64,000 bases of DNA, from NCBI RefSeq assembly GCF_046483665.1, contig NZ_JAWOCR010000013.1:4129-68128 (forward strand). The letters run 5' to 3'. Below the pieces are notes generated by a model that saw only the letters and a list, made by a program, of their open reading frames with translations, was not told the origin of the DNA and did no database searches. The stretch's first letter is position 1. Every line of letters begins with the position of its first letter. The DNA comes from Thiohalophilus sp. GTDB taxonomy: Bacteria > Pseudomonadota > Gammaproteobacteria > UBA6429 > Thiohalophilaceae. Made by a program: the position numbers and the translations under genes. Positions 23,307 through 34,281 of the stretch are shown here, one piece after another.

Positions 23307-24149
23307 TTAATTCTTCATCACCAGTGCCTGTTGATAGAGCAGATTCTTTTTAATCCCCGTAATCCGCGCAGCCAGCGCTGCCGCCTGTTTGACGGGGAGT
23401 TCCTCCAGCAAGACTCCCAGCACCCGTTCGACTTCGGGATCGAGGGCCGCCTCTACGGCCGGTGCCCCCGCTACCAGCAATACTATCTCTCCTTTTTGCT
23501 GATTAGTGTCGCTGCTGACAAAGGCCTGCAGCTCGGCCAGGCTGCCGCCCTGTACAGTTTCAAAGGTCTTGGTCAACTCCCGGGCCAGCACCGCCTCCCG
23601 CTCGCTGCCCAGCATCTCGCCCATATCGGCCAGGCTCTCCAGAATCCGGTGCGGTGACTCGTAAAACGCCAGGGTACAGGGTTCGGCCGCCAGTGCCGCC
23701 AGTCGGTGACGCCGCGCAGCGGCTTTGGCCGGTAAAAAGCCGAGGAACTTGAAACAGTCAGTAGGCAAACCACTGACCGACAGGGCAGCGATCACGGCAC
23801 TGGGACCGGGCACCGGAATCACCCGGAGCCCCTGCAGGCGGGCCTGCTGGACCAGATGAAAACCGGGATCGCTGAGTAATGGCGTCCCGGCATCGGAGAT
23901 CAGAGCCACGCTTTCGCCATTGGCAAGACGTTGTAACAATCTGCTACTCTGTTCCCGCTCGTTATGTTCGTGCAGTGCCACGCACCGGGTTGTCACGGCA
24001 AAGTGGCGCAGCAGACGCGCGCTGTGCCGGGTATCCTCTGCCGCGATCAACGCCACTTGCTGCAGGATTTCCACGGCACGTTGTGACATGTCACCGAGAT
24101 TCCCGATCGGGGTTGCGACAACATAGAGCGCACTGTTTTCAGAGTTCAC
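23307..24149 (-). CDS. rsmI: 16S rRNA Cm1402 methyltransferase
   Basis: LYVVATPIGNLGD, AEDTR, ISDAGTPLLSDPG, YESPHR, ARELTK. Confidence 0.98.
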   Translation of the reverse strand: MNSENSALYVVATPIGNLGDMSQRAVEILQQVALIAAEDTRHSARLLRHFAVTTRCVALHEHNEREQSSRLLQRLANGESVALISDAGTPLLSDPGFHLVQQARLQGLRVIPVPGPSAVIAALSVSGLPTDCFKFLGFLPAKAAARRHRLAALAAEPCTLAFYESPHRILESLADMGEMLGSEREAVLARELTKTFETVQGGSLAELQAFVSSDTNQQKGEIVLLVAGAPAVEAALDPEVERVLGVLLEELPVKQAAALAARITGIKKNLLYQQALVMKN

Positions 24150-24213
24150 GGTATAATTTCCGCCAGAATGGAATTCATCCGCCTTTATACAGCAAAAACA
24201 GGAACCCGATGAA

Positions 24214-26085
24214 GTGAGAATGCCACGTCAACTGATATCCCTGTGGGTTATGATTGTAACGCTTCTGCTGGCCGGTTGTGCCCAAGTGCCGGAAGAACCC
24301 GAGGTCATCGTCAAGGAAACCAATCCGGTTGCCGAAGCGGAACGACTGCTGGCAAGCGGGGGGTTTACCGAGGCGGCCCGGGCCTTTAACGAACTGGCCA
24401 AACAGGCCAGTGGCGCGCAACAAACCAATTTTCTGCTGCGCACCGCTGCTGCGCTGGCACGCGATAGCCGGATTCACAGGAGTCGGCAGATCCTTGAAAC
24501 CATTCAACCTGATTCACGCAACCGGCAACAACTGTTTTTACTGCACCTGACCGAAGCGCATATAGCACTGAGTGAACGTCGGGCCCGGGATGTCCTGCAT
24601 ATTCTGGAGCAGGCGCCACCGCAACAGGTCAAACCGTTCTATCTGGCCGACTATCACCAGTTGCGCGCCGCCGCATACACTATGCTCGGCAACCGGGTCG
24701 ATACCGCGCACGAACTGGTCGAGCGCGAAACGTATCTGCAAAACGAGGGGCTCATTGAGGCAAACCAGCGCGATATCTGGGAGGCCCTGGCCATGCTCAA
24801 TGAGCGCAGCCTGGCCCAGATGCGCATGGCTACCGGAAAAAACGTGCTTGGTGGCTGGATGGAACTGGTACAAATCAGCAAAGCCTACCAGTTAAAACCC
24901 GAAATCCTGAACCGCCGTGTCGATGAATGGCAACAAAGCTATCCCGAGCACCCGGTACAGGAAAATATTCTCAAGGGACTACTTGAACGGCGTCAGCAGG
25001 ACATTCTCACACCGCGTCGCATTGCCGTGTTATTGCCCTTTGACAGCCGTTTTGGCCAGGCGGCCCGGGCCGTTCGCGATGGCATCATCGCCGCCTATTA
25101 CGCCCGCTCCTCGCAATATGAACAACGTATCCGGTTTTACGATACCGGTTCCGATCAAGAAACCGCTCTGGTGGCTTATCGACAGGCCATTGCCGAGGAA
25201 AGCGACTTCATAATCGGTCCATTGAATAAACAGTCGATCGAACATCTACTCGATAAACAGGAACTGGGCACACCGCTGCTGGCACTGAACTATACCCGAG
25301 AACAAAACATTCCGGACAAGCTTTTTCAATTTGGACTCTCCCCCGAAGAGGAAGCCCGGCAGGTGGCCGAGCGAACCTGGCTGGATGGCCATGTCAATAG
25401 TGTTGCGCTGATTCCAGAGGGCAGCTGGGGCGAACGGGTCTATACCGCTTTTCAGCAACGTTGGGAACAGCTTGGTGGCAAAGTGATTGAAACCCGGCGA
25501 TACAATGCCGAGCGCCAGGATTTTTCCGGACCGATTCAGGATATGCTGAATATCACCGAAAGCCAACGCCGTGTCCGGGCCATGCGGCGGCTGCTGGATC
25601 GAGACATCAAATTCGAACCGCGTCGGCGCAAGGATCTGGATTTTATTTTCCTGGCCGCCTATCCGCGCCAGGCACGTCAGATTCGTCCGCAACTCAAGTT
25701 CTATCACGCATCCGATGTGCCCGTTTATGCGACATCACACGTGTTTACCGGCAGTCTGAACCAGGAACGGGATCGCGACATGGATGGCCTGATCTTTGGC
25801 GACATGCCGTGGGTCCTGGCTGGTAGCACCACGCATCGCGGCCTGCGTCCGCAAATCGAGCAGTATATTTCCCAGGCCGGCAGCAGCCTGCAACGGTTGT
25901 ATGCACTGGGCATCGATGCCTATAGCATTATCTTCGCGCTCAACACACTCAAGGCTTATCCCTACGAGCGTTACGATGGAGAAACCGGCAGTCTGAGTCT
26001 CGACCCCATGCAGCGCATCAAACGCCAGTTGACCTGGGTCAAATTCCGCAGTGGCCGGCCGGTAGCGCTGGACGAAGGATTGTAG
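24214..26085 (+). CDS. lpoA: Penicillin-binding protein activator LpoA (LppC family lipoprotein)
   Basis: Lipobox LLAGC, IAVLLP, IIGPLNK, RLYALGIDAY; divergent from rsmI. Confidence 0.93.
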   Translation: MRMPRQLISLWVMIVTLLLAGCAQVPEEPEVIVKETNPVAEAERLLASGGFTEAARAFNELAKQASGAQQTNFLLRTAAALARDSRIHRSRQILETIQPDSRNRQQLFLLHLTEAHIALSERRARDVLHILEQAPPQQVKPFYLADYHQLRAAAYTMLGNRVDTAHELVERETYLQNEGLIEANQRDIWEALAMLNERSLAQMRMATGKNVLGGWMELVQISKAYQLKPEILNRRVDEWQQSYPEHPVQENILKGLLERRQQDILTPRRIAVLLPFDSRFGQAARAVRDGIIAAYYARSSQYEQRIRFYDTGSDQETALVAYRQAIAEESDFIIGPLNKQSIEHLLDKQELGTPLLALNYTREQNIPDKLFQFGLSPEEEARQVAERTWLDGHVNSVALIPEGSWGERVYTAFQQRWEQLGGKVIETRRYNAERQDFSGPIQDMLNITESQRRVRAMRRLLDRDIKFEPRRRKDLDFIFLAAYPRQARQIRPQLKFYHASDVPVYATSHVFTGSLNQERDRDMDGLIFGDMPWVLAGSTTHRGLRPQIEQYISQAGSSLQRLYALGIDAYSIIFALNTLKAYPYERYDGETGSLSLDPMQRIKRQLTWVKFRSGRPVALDEGL

Positions 26086-26089
26086 TGGC

Positions 26090-26467
26090 ATGTGGTCCGG
26101 ACCTGGACGCGCGCAACGCGGTAACCAGGCCGAACAATGGGCTCGCCGCTATCTGGAGCAACAGGGACTGCATTTTGAGCAAGCCAACTTCCGCTGCCGG
26201 CGAGGCGAGATTGATCTGATCATGCGCGATGGCGATAGCCTGGTATTTGTCGAAGTTCGCTACCGCCGTAATGACCGCTACGGCAGTGCCGCCGAAACGG
26301 TCGACCGCCAAAAACAGAGAAAACTGGTGACAACCGCGCTATTCTATTTGCAAAACAACCCGAAACAGGCCCGATTGAGCAGCCGCTTTGATGTTGTTGC
26401 CATCAGTGGTGAGGGGGATGCGCCCCGTATTGACTGGCATCCCGATGCCATCCAGATTCAGGATTGA
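26090..26467 (+). CDS. yraN: YraN/UPF0102 nuclease-like protein
   Basis: GEIDLIM, LVFVEVRYR, RFDVVAI. Confidence 0.93.
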   Translation: MWSGPGRAQRGNQAEQWARRYLEQQGLHFEQANFRCRRGEIDLIMRDGDSLVFVEVRYRRNDRYGSAAETVDRQKQRKLVTTALFYLQNNPKQARLSSRFDVVAISGEGDAPRIDWHPDAIQIQD

Positions 26468-27054
<587 letters not shown>

Positions 27055-27055
<1 letters not shown>

Positions 27056-28449
27056 TGACTTTACCCACTGCGTTTATCAACCGCCTGCAGCAGATTCTCG
27101 GTAACGAGGGCCTGCTGAGCGATCCTTCCGAAACCTGGAACTACGGTTACGACAACAGCCGTCGTCACGCCGCGCCGGAACTGGTGGCGCTGCCCGCCAA
27201 TCACGACCAGGTGGCGGCTGTGGTACAGCTGTGTTATGAGTTCAGTATTGCTCTGACCGCGCGCGGGCGCGGGACCGGCACTACCGGGGCCAGTGTTCCC
27301 CTGCAACAGGGTGTCATTCTGTCCACCGAAAAACTGAACCGGATATGCAAAATTGATCCGGCCAATCGCTACATGGTCGTCGAGCCCGGCGTCACCAATC
27401 AGCAAGTACAGGATGCCGCTGCCGAACATGGCTTTTTCTGGCCGCCCGATCCCACCAGTGCCGCCTATTGCTCTGTCGGCGGCAATCTGGCCTACAACTC
27501 GGCCGGCCCGCGGGCCATCAAATACGGCACACCACGCGATAACACCTTCGGACTGCGCGCTGTCACCGGCGAAGGCAAGAGTATCCGCACCGGCGTTTAC
27601 ACTACCAAAGGGGTGGTCGGTTACGACCTGACCCGTTTGTTGATCGGCTCCGAGGGCACCCTGGCTATCATCACCGAGGCCACCCTCAAATTGACACCGC
27701 TGCCACAAACCAAACGTACCGTACAAAGCATTTATCGGGACATCGACAGCGCCGCCAGGGCGGTATCCGCTATCATGGCCCAGCCGGTGGTGCCCTATGC
27801 GCTGGAATTTATGGATGGTAAAGCCATTGCCATGATTCGCGACTATTCCAATGCCGATTTACCCGCCGGAGCCGGCGCGATGCTGATGATCGAAGTGGAT
27901 GGCTCTGGGGCATCGATTCAACATGAGCTCGATGCCGTCTGTGCCGCCGCCGACAATGAAGGCCTGCTGCAACTCAAGCGTGCCGAAACCGAACAGACAA
28001 TCCAGGCCCTGTGGCAAACCCGCAAGGCCCTCTCCCCCGCCCTGCGCACCATTGCCCCGAAAAAGATCAACGAGGACGTGGTGGTCCCGGTCTCCAACAT
28101 ACCCGCTTTGATCAACGGTCTGTCGGCCCTCTCCGAACAATACGGCATCACTATCGTCAACTTCGGCCATGCCGGCAACGGCAACATCCACGTCAACCTG
28201 CTGGCCAATCCCGATAACAAAGAAGAGATGCAGCGCGCCCATCAATGCCTGGACGACGTCTTTACCCTGGTGCTCGAACTCGACGGCACCCTCTCCGGCG
28301 AACACGGTGTGGGCATCGAAAAACAGGAATTCGTCGGCCGCGAAATCGATCCGGTCACGCTGGAGCTGATGCGACGTATCAAGCAGGACTTCGATCCAAA
28401 GGGAATCCTGAATCCGGGGAAAATGTTCCCGACAGACCAAGAGCTTTAA
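27055..28449 (+). CDS. FAD-linked oxidase (GlcD/D-lactate dehydrogenase-like, VAO family)
   Basis: RGRGTGTTG, PPDPTS, GGNLAYNS, FGHAGNGNIH, GTLSGEHGVG, ILNPGKM; ATG overlaps the gmhA stop (TAATG). Confidence 0.9.
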
Positions 28450-28522
28450 CGCAGTGGCACGAAGTTATAATTTTGAATTTAAGAGCCGGATTCCATTCAC
28501 AATTCAACATTCAGAATTCTAC
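28449..28522. repeat. Composite intergenic repeat, copy 1
   Basis: CGCAG..., TATAATTTTGAATT (28466-28479), then 7-mers attcaca attcaac attcaga attctac; second copy at 61457-61540. Confidence 0.7.
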
Positions 28523-29019
28523 AGTATTTTCTCCAAAACCTGCCGGTAACGCGCCGCATCCTCCTGGCTGAAGGCGCAGGCCACGATGCGTTCGAATTTC
28601 GGTTCATATATACGCATCACCCGCACAGCGATCGCCACGGCCTGGTCCCCGGGATAGCCGTAGACCCCGGTACTGATACCGGGAACGGCAATGGAGCGGA
28701 TATCCCCCTGCTCCAGCGCCACGTCGAAGGAGCGCCGGTAACAACTTTCCAGCAAGGCCGGTTCACCCTGTTCGCCGCCGTGCCAGATGGGGCCGACGGT
28801 GTGAATCACATAGCGGGCGGGCAAATTAAAACCGAGGGTAATTTTGGCATCGCCAGTGTCGCAACCGTTCAGTAGCCGACAGGCTTCGAGCAATTCAGGG
28901 CCGGCGGCATGATGAATGGCACCATCCACCCCGCCACCGCCCAGCAGCGAGTTATTGGCCGCATTGACGATGGCATCCACCTGCAGGCTGGTGATGTCGC
29001 CCTGCACAACCTCGATCAT
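28519..29019 (-). CDS. Macrodomain O-acetyl-ADP-ribose deacetylase (YmdB-like)
   Basis: [42 protein letters not shown]; ATG 29019 after GGGAGG. Confidence 0.95.
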   Translation of the reverse strand: MIEVVQGDITSLQVDAIVNAANNSLLGGGGVDGAIHHAAGPELLEACRLLNGCDTGDAKITLGFNLPARYVIHTVGPIWHGGEQGEPALLESCYRRSFDVALEQGDIRSIAVPGISTGVYGYPGDQAVAIAVRVMRIYEPKFERIVACAFSQEDAARYRQVLEKIL

Positions 29020-29094
29020 AACGACCTCCCGCAATGTGTTGCCGGTACAAGATTCGAGGCCATTATAGCCTGGGCGTGGAGCTCAGTTTGTCTC

Positions 29095-29160
29095 TCGCAA
29101 AGGCGCGATGGTGCAAAGAAAATATCACGTTTTATTCCCAGCGACTTCGCGTCTCTGCGA
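29095..29160. repeat. Imperfect palindrome of the CGCA(G/A)AG type
   Basis: TCGCAAAGGCGCGATGGTGC ... GCGACTTCGCGTCTCTGCGA arms around an AT-rich loop. Confidence 0.6.
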
Positions 29161-29333
29161 TAGTATGCATATAACACGTGCCTGTCCCTATAAGGAGAGT
29201 GTCGCCAGAGTCCAGATGGTCGACACCACCTGCAATCTGCGTGTAAAACAATAGCCTGGGTCAGGTTGCGCTGACGCGCTATCTGACAGTCTCCGTCCGG
29301 AAAAATCGTGGCATCAGAAACCAGGGCAGCACT

Positions 29334-29367
29334 CACAGAGTTTTGTGTTCTTTGTGGCCTCTGCGCT
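29334..29367. repeat. Related CACAGAG/CTCTGCG repeat remnant
   Basis: CACAGAG followed by GTGTTCTTTGTGGCCTCTGCGCT just after the sspB stop. Confidence 0.45.
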
Positions 29368-29390
29368 AAATCAAACTCGCGCTGAAGCGT

Positions 29391-29777
29391 TTACTTGACC
29401 AGCTTGAGGTTGGGTTTGCCGGATTTGTCGTCGTCCGGACCGTCATCGTCGGGCGGCGGATTGTCAGGTTCATTGAACACCATACCCTGCCCGTTTTCCT
29501 TGGCGTAGATCGCCAGAACGGCGGTAATCGGGAAACTGACATCCATCGGTTTGCCGGCAAACCGGGCACTGAAGGCGACGTATTCGTTGCCCAGTTCCAG
29601 GCCGTTGACGGCAATCGGGCTCACATTGAGGACAATCTTGCCGTTTTCCACATAATCACGCGGTATATAGGCGTAATCGTTTTCGGCGTTGACCAGAACG
29701 TAGGGGGTCATCTGGTTATCGACGATCCAGTCATAAATAGCACGAAGCAGATACGGCTGGCTGGGCGTCATGGACAT
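29391..29777 (-). CDS. sspB: ClpXP adaptor SspB
   Basis: PYLLRAIYDWIVDN, IVLNVSP, FSARFAG, GQGMVF, C-terminal PNLKLVK. Confidence 0.97.
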   Translation of the reverse strand: MSMTPSQPYLLRAIYDWIVDNQMTPYVLVNAENDYAYIPRDYVENGKIVLNVSPIAVNGLELGNEYVAFSARFAGKPMDVSFPITAVLAIYAKENGQGMVFNEPDNPPPDDDGPDDDKSGKPNLKLVK

Positions 29778-29794
29778 GGCAATACCTTTCGGAT

Positions 29795-30421
29795 TTATTC
29801 GTCTTTCATTTCCTTCTCACCTTCGGTGAGACTCTGTTTGAAGGATTCCCGTTCAAACATACGCTCGGCGTAATTAATCACCGGTTTGGCCGCAGACGGC
29901 AGCTCTATTCCGTAAGAGGGCAGGCGCCACAACAAGGGGATAACAGTACAGTCGATCAGGGAGAATTCATCCCCCAGGAAAAACAGCTTTTGATCGAAAA
30001 TCGGTGACACCGACATCAAACTGTCGCGCAACTCTTTGCGAACCTTGTCACTGGCCGTGTCCGGATTGCCCAGCTGACGGGCCAGGCGATACCAGTCACG
30101 CTCGATACGGTGCAGCATCATACGATTACGGGCTCGCGAGACCGGATCAACCGGCATCAGTGGCGGATGTGGAAAACGCTCATCCAGATACTCCATGATC
30201 ACCTGGTGCTCGAACAATACCAGATCCCGATCCACCAGGGTGGGAACTTCGTTATAAGGGTTGAGATCCTTGAGGTCTTCCGGAGTGTCGCCAAGGTCGA
30301 CGTTGTGTATGTCGTAGTTAATGCCCTTCTCTGCCAGTACAATACGTACCATATGGCAATAGGGGCAGGTGTTACCCGAAAACAGGGTCATTGCCAAACG
30401 TCGATTGGCCATTTGCGCCAT
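29795..30421 (-). CDS. sspA: Stringent starvation protein A (GST-like)
   Basis: NPYNEVPTLVDRDLVL, EYLDERFPHPPLMPVDP. Confidence 0.96.
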   Translation of the reverse strand: MAQMANRRLAMTLFSGNTCPYCHMVRIVLAEKGINYDIHNVDLGDTPEDLKDLNPYNEVPTLVDRDLVLFEHQVIMEYLDERFPHPPLMPVDPVSRARNRMMLHRIERDWYRLARQLGNPDTASDKVRKELRDSLMSVSPIFDQKLFFLGDEFSLIDCTVIPLLWRLPSYGIELPSAAKPVINYAERMFERESFKQSLTEGEKEMKDE

Positions 30422-30636
30422 AACTTACTCATCCCAGTGCTGTATTCAGAAACAAAACAGGGGAAACCGGTGGGCTCCCCCTGCTTATTATACCGAACTT
30501 GTCCCTTGGTTTGGCGCTTTACGCGGGAAAAATCACGTCTTCTTGAACCCGGGTACCTGATTCGGCGCGGTCCGGCCCGACATCACGTCGCACCGGGCCC
30601 GCTGCTTCGGGGCGCAGCACCCCGTCACAGCGCCAT

Positions 30637-31407
30637 TTAGTGGACATCCCGCCAGTATTCTTTCTTCAGCGCGTAGGCCAGGAAGAACAGTATGACCAGG
30701 AATAATATAACCCAGACGCCAATCTTATACCGATCCAGCTTGGCCGGCTCACCCACATAGACCATGAAATTGACCAGGTCACGCATGGCATCATCATATT
30801 CGGCCGGGCTCATGGAGCCTTCCTTGATGAATTCATAATCGACCACTTCCCTGACCTCTTCGCCATCGTCATTTTCGTGCGTTTCGTAGACCGGCTTTTT
30901 CAGGCCTTCCAGTTCCCACAGCACGTGCGGCATGCCGACCAGCGGAAATGCCTCATTGTTAACACCCATTGGCCGGGATTCATCCACGTAGAAGGTCTTC
31001 AGATAAGTGTAGAGCCAGTCGGGCCCCCGGGAACGGGCCACGACGGACAGATCCGGCACCTTGGTGCCGAACCAGCCCTCGGCCGCCTCGCCGGGCATGG
31101 CATTTTTCATCTTCGAACCGATTTTGGGAGTTTCCCCCTGCGGCAGGTTGGAAAAATCGGCCACGGGCATCAGATTCTGCACCACCTGCTCATCGCTCAG
31201 ACCGAGATCCTCTCCCATTCGGTTGTAACGCATGTAAGAGAGAGAGTGACAGCCCATGCAGTAATTGACATATAACTGGGCTCCCCGTTGCAGGGAGGCC
31301 TGGTTATTCAGGTCAACATCCGCGTCCAGCAGTTTGACGCCCCCGCCGGCGGCCATGGAGACGACCGGTACCATCATCAACAAAAATGCAGTCAATTTTT
31401 TCATCAT
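30637..31407 (-). CDS. petC: Cytochrome c1
   Basis: CMGCH heme motif, PDLS, C-terminal TM and LKKEYWRDVH. Confidence 0.98.
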   Translation of the reverse strand: MMKKLTAFLLMMVPVVSMAAGGGVKLLDADVDLNNQASLQRGAQLYVNYCMGCHSLSYMRYNRMGEDLGLSDEQVVQNLMPVADFSNLPQGETPKIGSKMKNAMPGEAAEGWFGTKVPDLSVVARSRGPDWLYTYLKTFYVDESRPMGVNNEAFPLVGMPHVLWELEGLKKPVYETHENDDGEEVREVVDYEFIKEGSMSPAEYDDAMRDLVNFMVYVGEPAKLDRYKIGVWVILFLVILFFLAYALKKEYWRDVH

Positions 31408-32639
31408 TTGTCAGTCACCCTTTCCGGAACCGGTTTGGTTTTGTCAATTTTGGTGTACCAGGGCATCAGCAGGAAAAACGCAAAGTACAGCGCGGTGAAT
31501 ATCTGCGCCAACAGCGTTTTGACCGGGGTAGAAGGCTGTACGCCCAGGTAACCCAGAACGACAAAACTGATAACAAGGATGGCCAGAGCAATCTTGAACA
31601 ACGGACCACGGTAACGCACTGATTTAACCGGGCTGCGATCCAGCCAGGGCAGGAAGAACAACACCACAATTGCGGCACCCATCACCACGACACCGGGGAA
31701 CTGTGAACCGAACATCGGCGGGATGGCCCGCAACATGGCGTAGAACGGCGTAAAGTACCAGACCGGGGCAATATGTTCCGGCGTCTTGAGCGGATCGGCC
31801 GGCACAAAGTTGGCGTGCTCGATGAAGTAGCCGCCCATTTCCGGGGCAAAGAAAGCCACGGCAAAGAAGAAAATCAGGAACACCACCACACCGGCAATAT
31901 CCTTGACTGTGTAGTAAGGATGGAACGGAATGCCGTCAACAGGCTTGCCGTTGGCGTCCTTGTTCTTCTTGATTTCAACACCGTCGGGGTTATTGGAACC
32001 GACTTCATGCAGGGCCAGAATGTGAGCCACTATCAGGGCAATCAGCACCAGCGGCAGAGCAATCACGTGGAAGGCAAAGAACCGGTTCAGGGTCGCATCG
32101 CCGATAACATAGTCACCGCGAATCCAGATGGACAGCTCCTCACCGACAAACGGCACGGCAGCAAACAGGTTCACAATAACCTGGGCCCCCCAGTAGGACA
32201 TCTGGCCCCAGGGCAGCAGATAACCGAAGAAGGCTTCCGCCATCAGCGCCAGAAAAATCAGCACGCCGAAGATCCAGATCAACTCGCGCGGGTTCTTGTA
32301 GGAACCGTACATCAGGCCGCGATACATATGCAGATACACCACGATAAAGAACGCCGAGGCGCCGGTGGAGTGCATATAACGGATCAGCCAGCCCCAGTTA
32401 ACATCACGCATGATGTACTCGACCGAGGCAAAGGCCAGCCCGGCGTCGGGCTTGTAATGCATGGTCAGGAAGATACCGGTGACGATCTGGATAACCAGCA
32501 CCAGCAAAGCGAGTGAACCGAAAAAGTACCAGAAGTTGAAATTTTTCGGTGCATAATATTCGGACAGATGCTCCTTCCACATCTTGCTCAGCGGGAAACG
32601 GGCATCGATCCAGTTCATCAGGGATTGTGTTTTGGTCAT
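31404..32639 (-). CDS. petB: Cytochrome b
   Basis: RYMHSTGAS, YLHMYRG, PWGQMSYW, PEHIAPVWYF. Confidence 0.99.
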   Translation of the reverse strand: MTKTQSLMNWIDARFPLSKMWKEHLSEYYAPKNFNFWYFFGSLALLVLVIQIVTGIFLTMHYKPDAGLAFASVEYIMRDVNWGWLIRYMHSTGASAFFIVVYLHMYRGLMYGSYKNPRELIWIFGVLIFLALMAEAFFGYLLPWGQMSYWGAQVIVNLFAAVPFVGEELSIWIRGDYVIGDATLNRFFAFHVIALPLVLIALIVAHILALHEVGSNNPDGVEIKKNKDANGKPVDGIPFHPYYTVKDIAGVVVFLIFFFAVAFFAPEMGGYFIEHANFVPADPLKTPEHIAPVWYFTPFYAMLRAIPPMFGSQFPGVVVMGAAIVVLFFLPWLDRSPVKSVRYRGPLFKIALAILVISFVVLGYLGVQPSTPVKTLLAQIFTALYFAFFLLMPWYTKIDKTKPVPERVTDK

Positions 32640-33241
32640 TATGCTGCCCCTCCGTCTTCGCCAACCAGAACCACAGAATCGCTCAGGAATTTGAAAGGTG
32701 GGATGACCAGGTTGGTCGGTGCCGGCACCCCGGCGTAAACGCGGCCGGCCAGATCAAACTTGGAGCCGTGGCAGGGGCAGAAGAAACCGCCTTTCCACTC
32801 CTTGCCACCCATATCCCTGGCGCCCGGTTCGGGACGGTAGGTCGGGGAGCAACCCAGGTGAGTACAAATCCCCACCAGCACGGCAATTTCAGGATTCGTT
32901 TCCCGGGCACGGAATTCATTCTGCGCATATTCCGGTTGCTGCGGCATTTGTGACTGGGGATCCGCCAGTCTGTCATTCAGAGTGGGCAGATCTTCCATAT
33001 TCTGCTCGGTACGCCGCACCACCCAGATGGGCTTGCCTCGCCATTCCACGGTAACCCGCTCACCCGGCGCCAGTTTGCTGACATCCACTTCCACCGGCGC
33101 GCCGGCCGCCTGGGCCCGGGCGCTGGGATTCATGGAATGGATAAACGGAATCGCAATGCCGACCACGCCAGCTGCGCCCACCACACTCGTGGAGGCAAGC
33201 AGAAACCGGCGTCGGCTGGTATCAATACCATCGGTACTCAT
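32639..33241 (-). CDS. petA: Rieske Fe-S subunit of bc1 complex
   Basis: Tat signal SRRRFL, CTHLGC and CPCHGS boxes. Confidence 0.99.
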   Translation of the reverse strand: MSTDGIDTSRRRFLLASTSVVGAAGVVGIAIPFIHSMNPSARAQAAGAPVEVDVSKLAPGERVTVEWRGKPIWVVRRTEQNMEDLPTLNDRLADPQSQMPQQPEYAQNEFRARETNPEIAVLVGICTHLGCSPTYRPEPGARDMGGKEWKGGFFCPCHGSKFDLAGRVYAGVPAPTNLVIPPFKFLSDSVVLVGEDGGAA

Positions 33242-33460
33242 TTGAAAAATATCTCCCCGACTCAGATATGAACGATCACGGCCGTCAACCGGCTGTCATC
33301 AAAAAATGCGCTAGTGAAATCGCTGTGCCCAAATAAGAATTTCAGAATGTGGTAAACATCCGGGATTTCAGGCGCGCATAGTTTCGCGTATCGAGCCACC
33401 GGGGTCAAGAAAACCACGTAGTTCACCCGGTAGTTCAACAAGTTACTGTTTTCCCCGGCC

Positions 33461-34219
33461 TCAGGCCGGATTGTCGATATCGATAAATTGCTGCTCGATA
33501 CCAAAATGTTCTGCCACATGCTCGCCCAGGGCCCATGCCCCGTAACGCTCTGTGGCATGGTGACCGGCGGCAAAAAAATGGATACCATTTTCCCGCGCCA
33601 GGTGCACTGTCTGCTCGGAGACCTCGCCCGTCAGATAGGCATCCACCCCCAGACGAACCGCCTCCTCGATCAGACTCTGGGCCCCCCCGGTGCACCAGGC
33701 CAGGTTACTCACTGGCGCCGTGGTCCCGCCCACATGCAACGGAGCACGTCCCAGCCGCACGGCGATCTCCTCGGCCAGCGCCTCCCCCGACAGCGGCACA
33801 GGAAGACCGCCATACAATCCAATAGCCGGATTCCCCGGCGGCCCAAAGCTGCCCGCCACCTTCAGATCCAGTACCTTTGCCAGTTGCACGTTATTACCAT
33901 AAACCGGATGTGCATCCAGCGGCAGATGATAGGCCAGCAGGCTGATGTCGTTCTCCAGCAGACGGGCAATACGCCGTTTTTTAATCCCCGCGATCGGCGC
34001 CGCCTCGCCCTTCCAGAAATAGCCATGGTGCACCAGCAGGGCATCTGCCCCGGCCTCGACCGCCGCCTCGATCAGCGACTGGGAGGCGGTCACACCGCAC
34101 ACCAGCCGGTTGATCGTCGCGCTACCTTCCACCTGCAAGCCATTGGGGCAGTAATCGGTGAAGCGCTCCACTTCCAGCAAATCATCCAGATACCGCACCA
34201 AATCGCTCAGTTGCACCAT
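33461..34219 (-). CDS. Nif3-like dinuclear metal protein (YbgI/DUF34)
   Basis: DYCPNGLQVEG, LVHHG, YHLPLDAH, YLTGE, GHHATE. Confidence 0.95.
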   Translation of the reverse strand: MVQLSDLVRYLDDLLEVERFTDYCPNGLQVEGSATINRLVCGVTASQSLIEAAVEAGADALLVHHGYFWKGEAAPIAGIKKRRIARLLENDISLLAYHLPLDAHPVYGNNVQLAKVLDLKVAGSFGPPGNPAIGLYGGLPVPLSGEALAEEIAVRLGRAPLHVGGTTAPVSNLAWCTGGAQSLIEEAVRLGVDAYLTGEVSEQTVHLARENGIHFFAAGHHATERYGAWALGEHVAEHFGIEQQFIDIDNPA

Positions 34220-34281
34220 GCGAAACCCGTCTCCATCAGTTATTATCCGGTGAATTCACACAGTGTAACCAATTCCGGAAC

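Noticed and set aside
22994-23353. Two plus-strand ORFs of 104-119 aa
   Set aside because: Antisense to rnpB; the RNA motifs explain the sequence.
28495-28522. CRISPR array interpretation of the short repeats
   Set aside because: Units are 7-bp tandem without unique spacers, and there are no cas genes.
29016-29336. 106-aa minus-strand ORF upstream of the macrodomain gene
   Set aside because: Runs through repeat elements, has no RBS or recognisable motif, and is probably spurious.
30458-30620. GC-rich hairpins between petC and sspA
   Set aside because: Single copy, no U-tract, and consistent with ordinary 3'-UTR structure.
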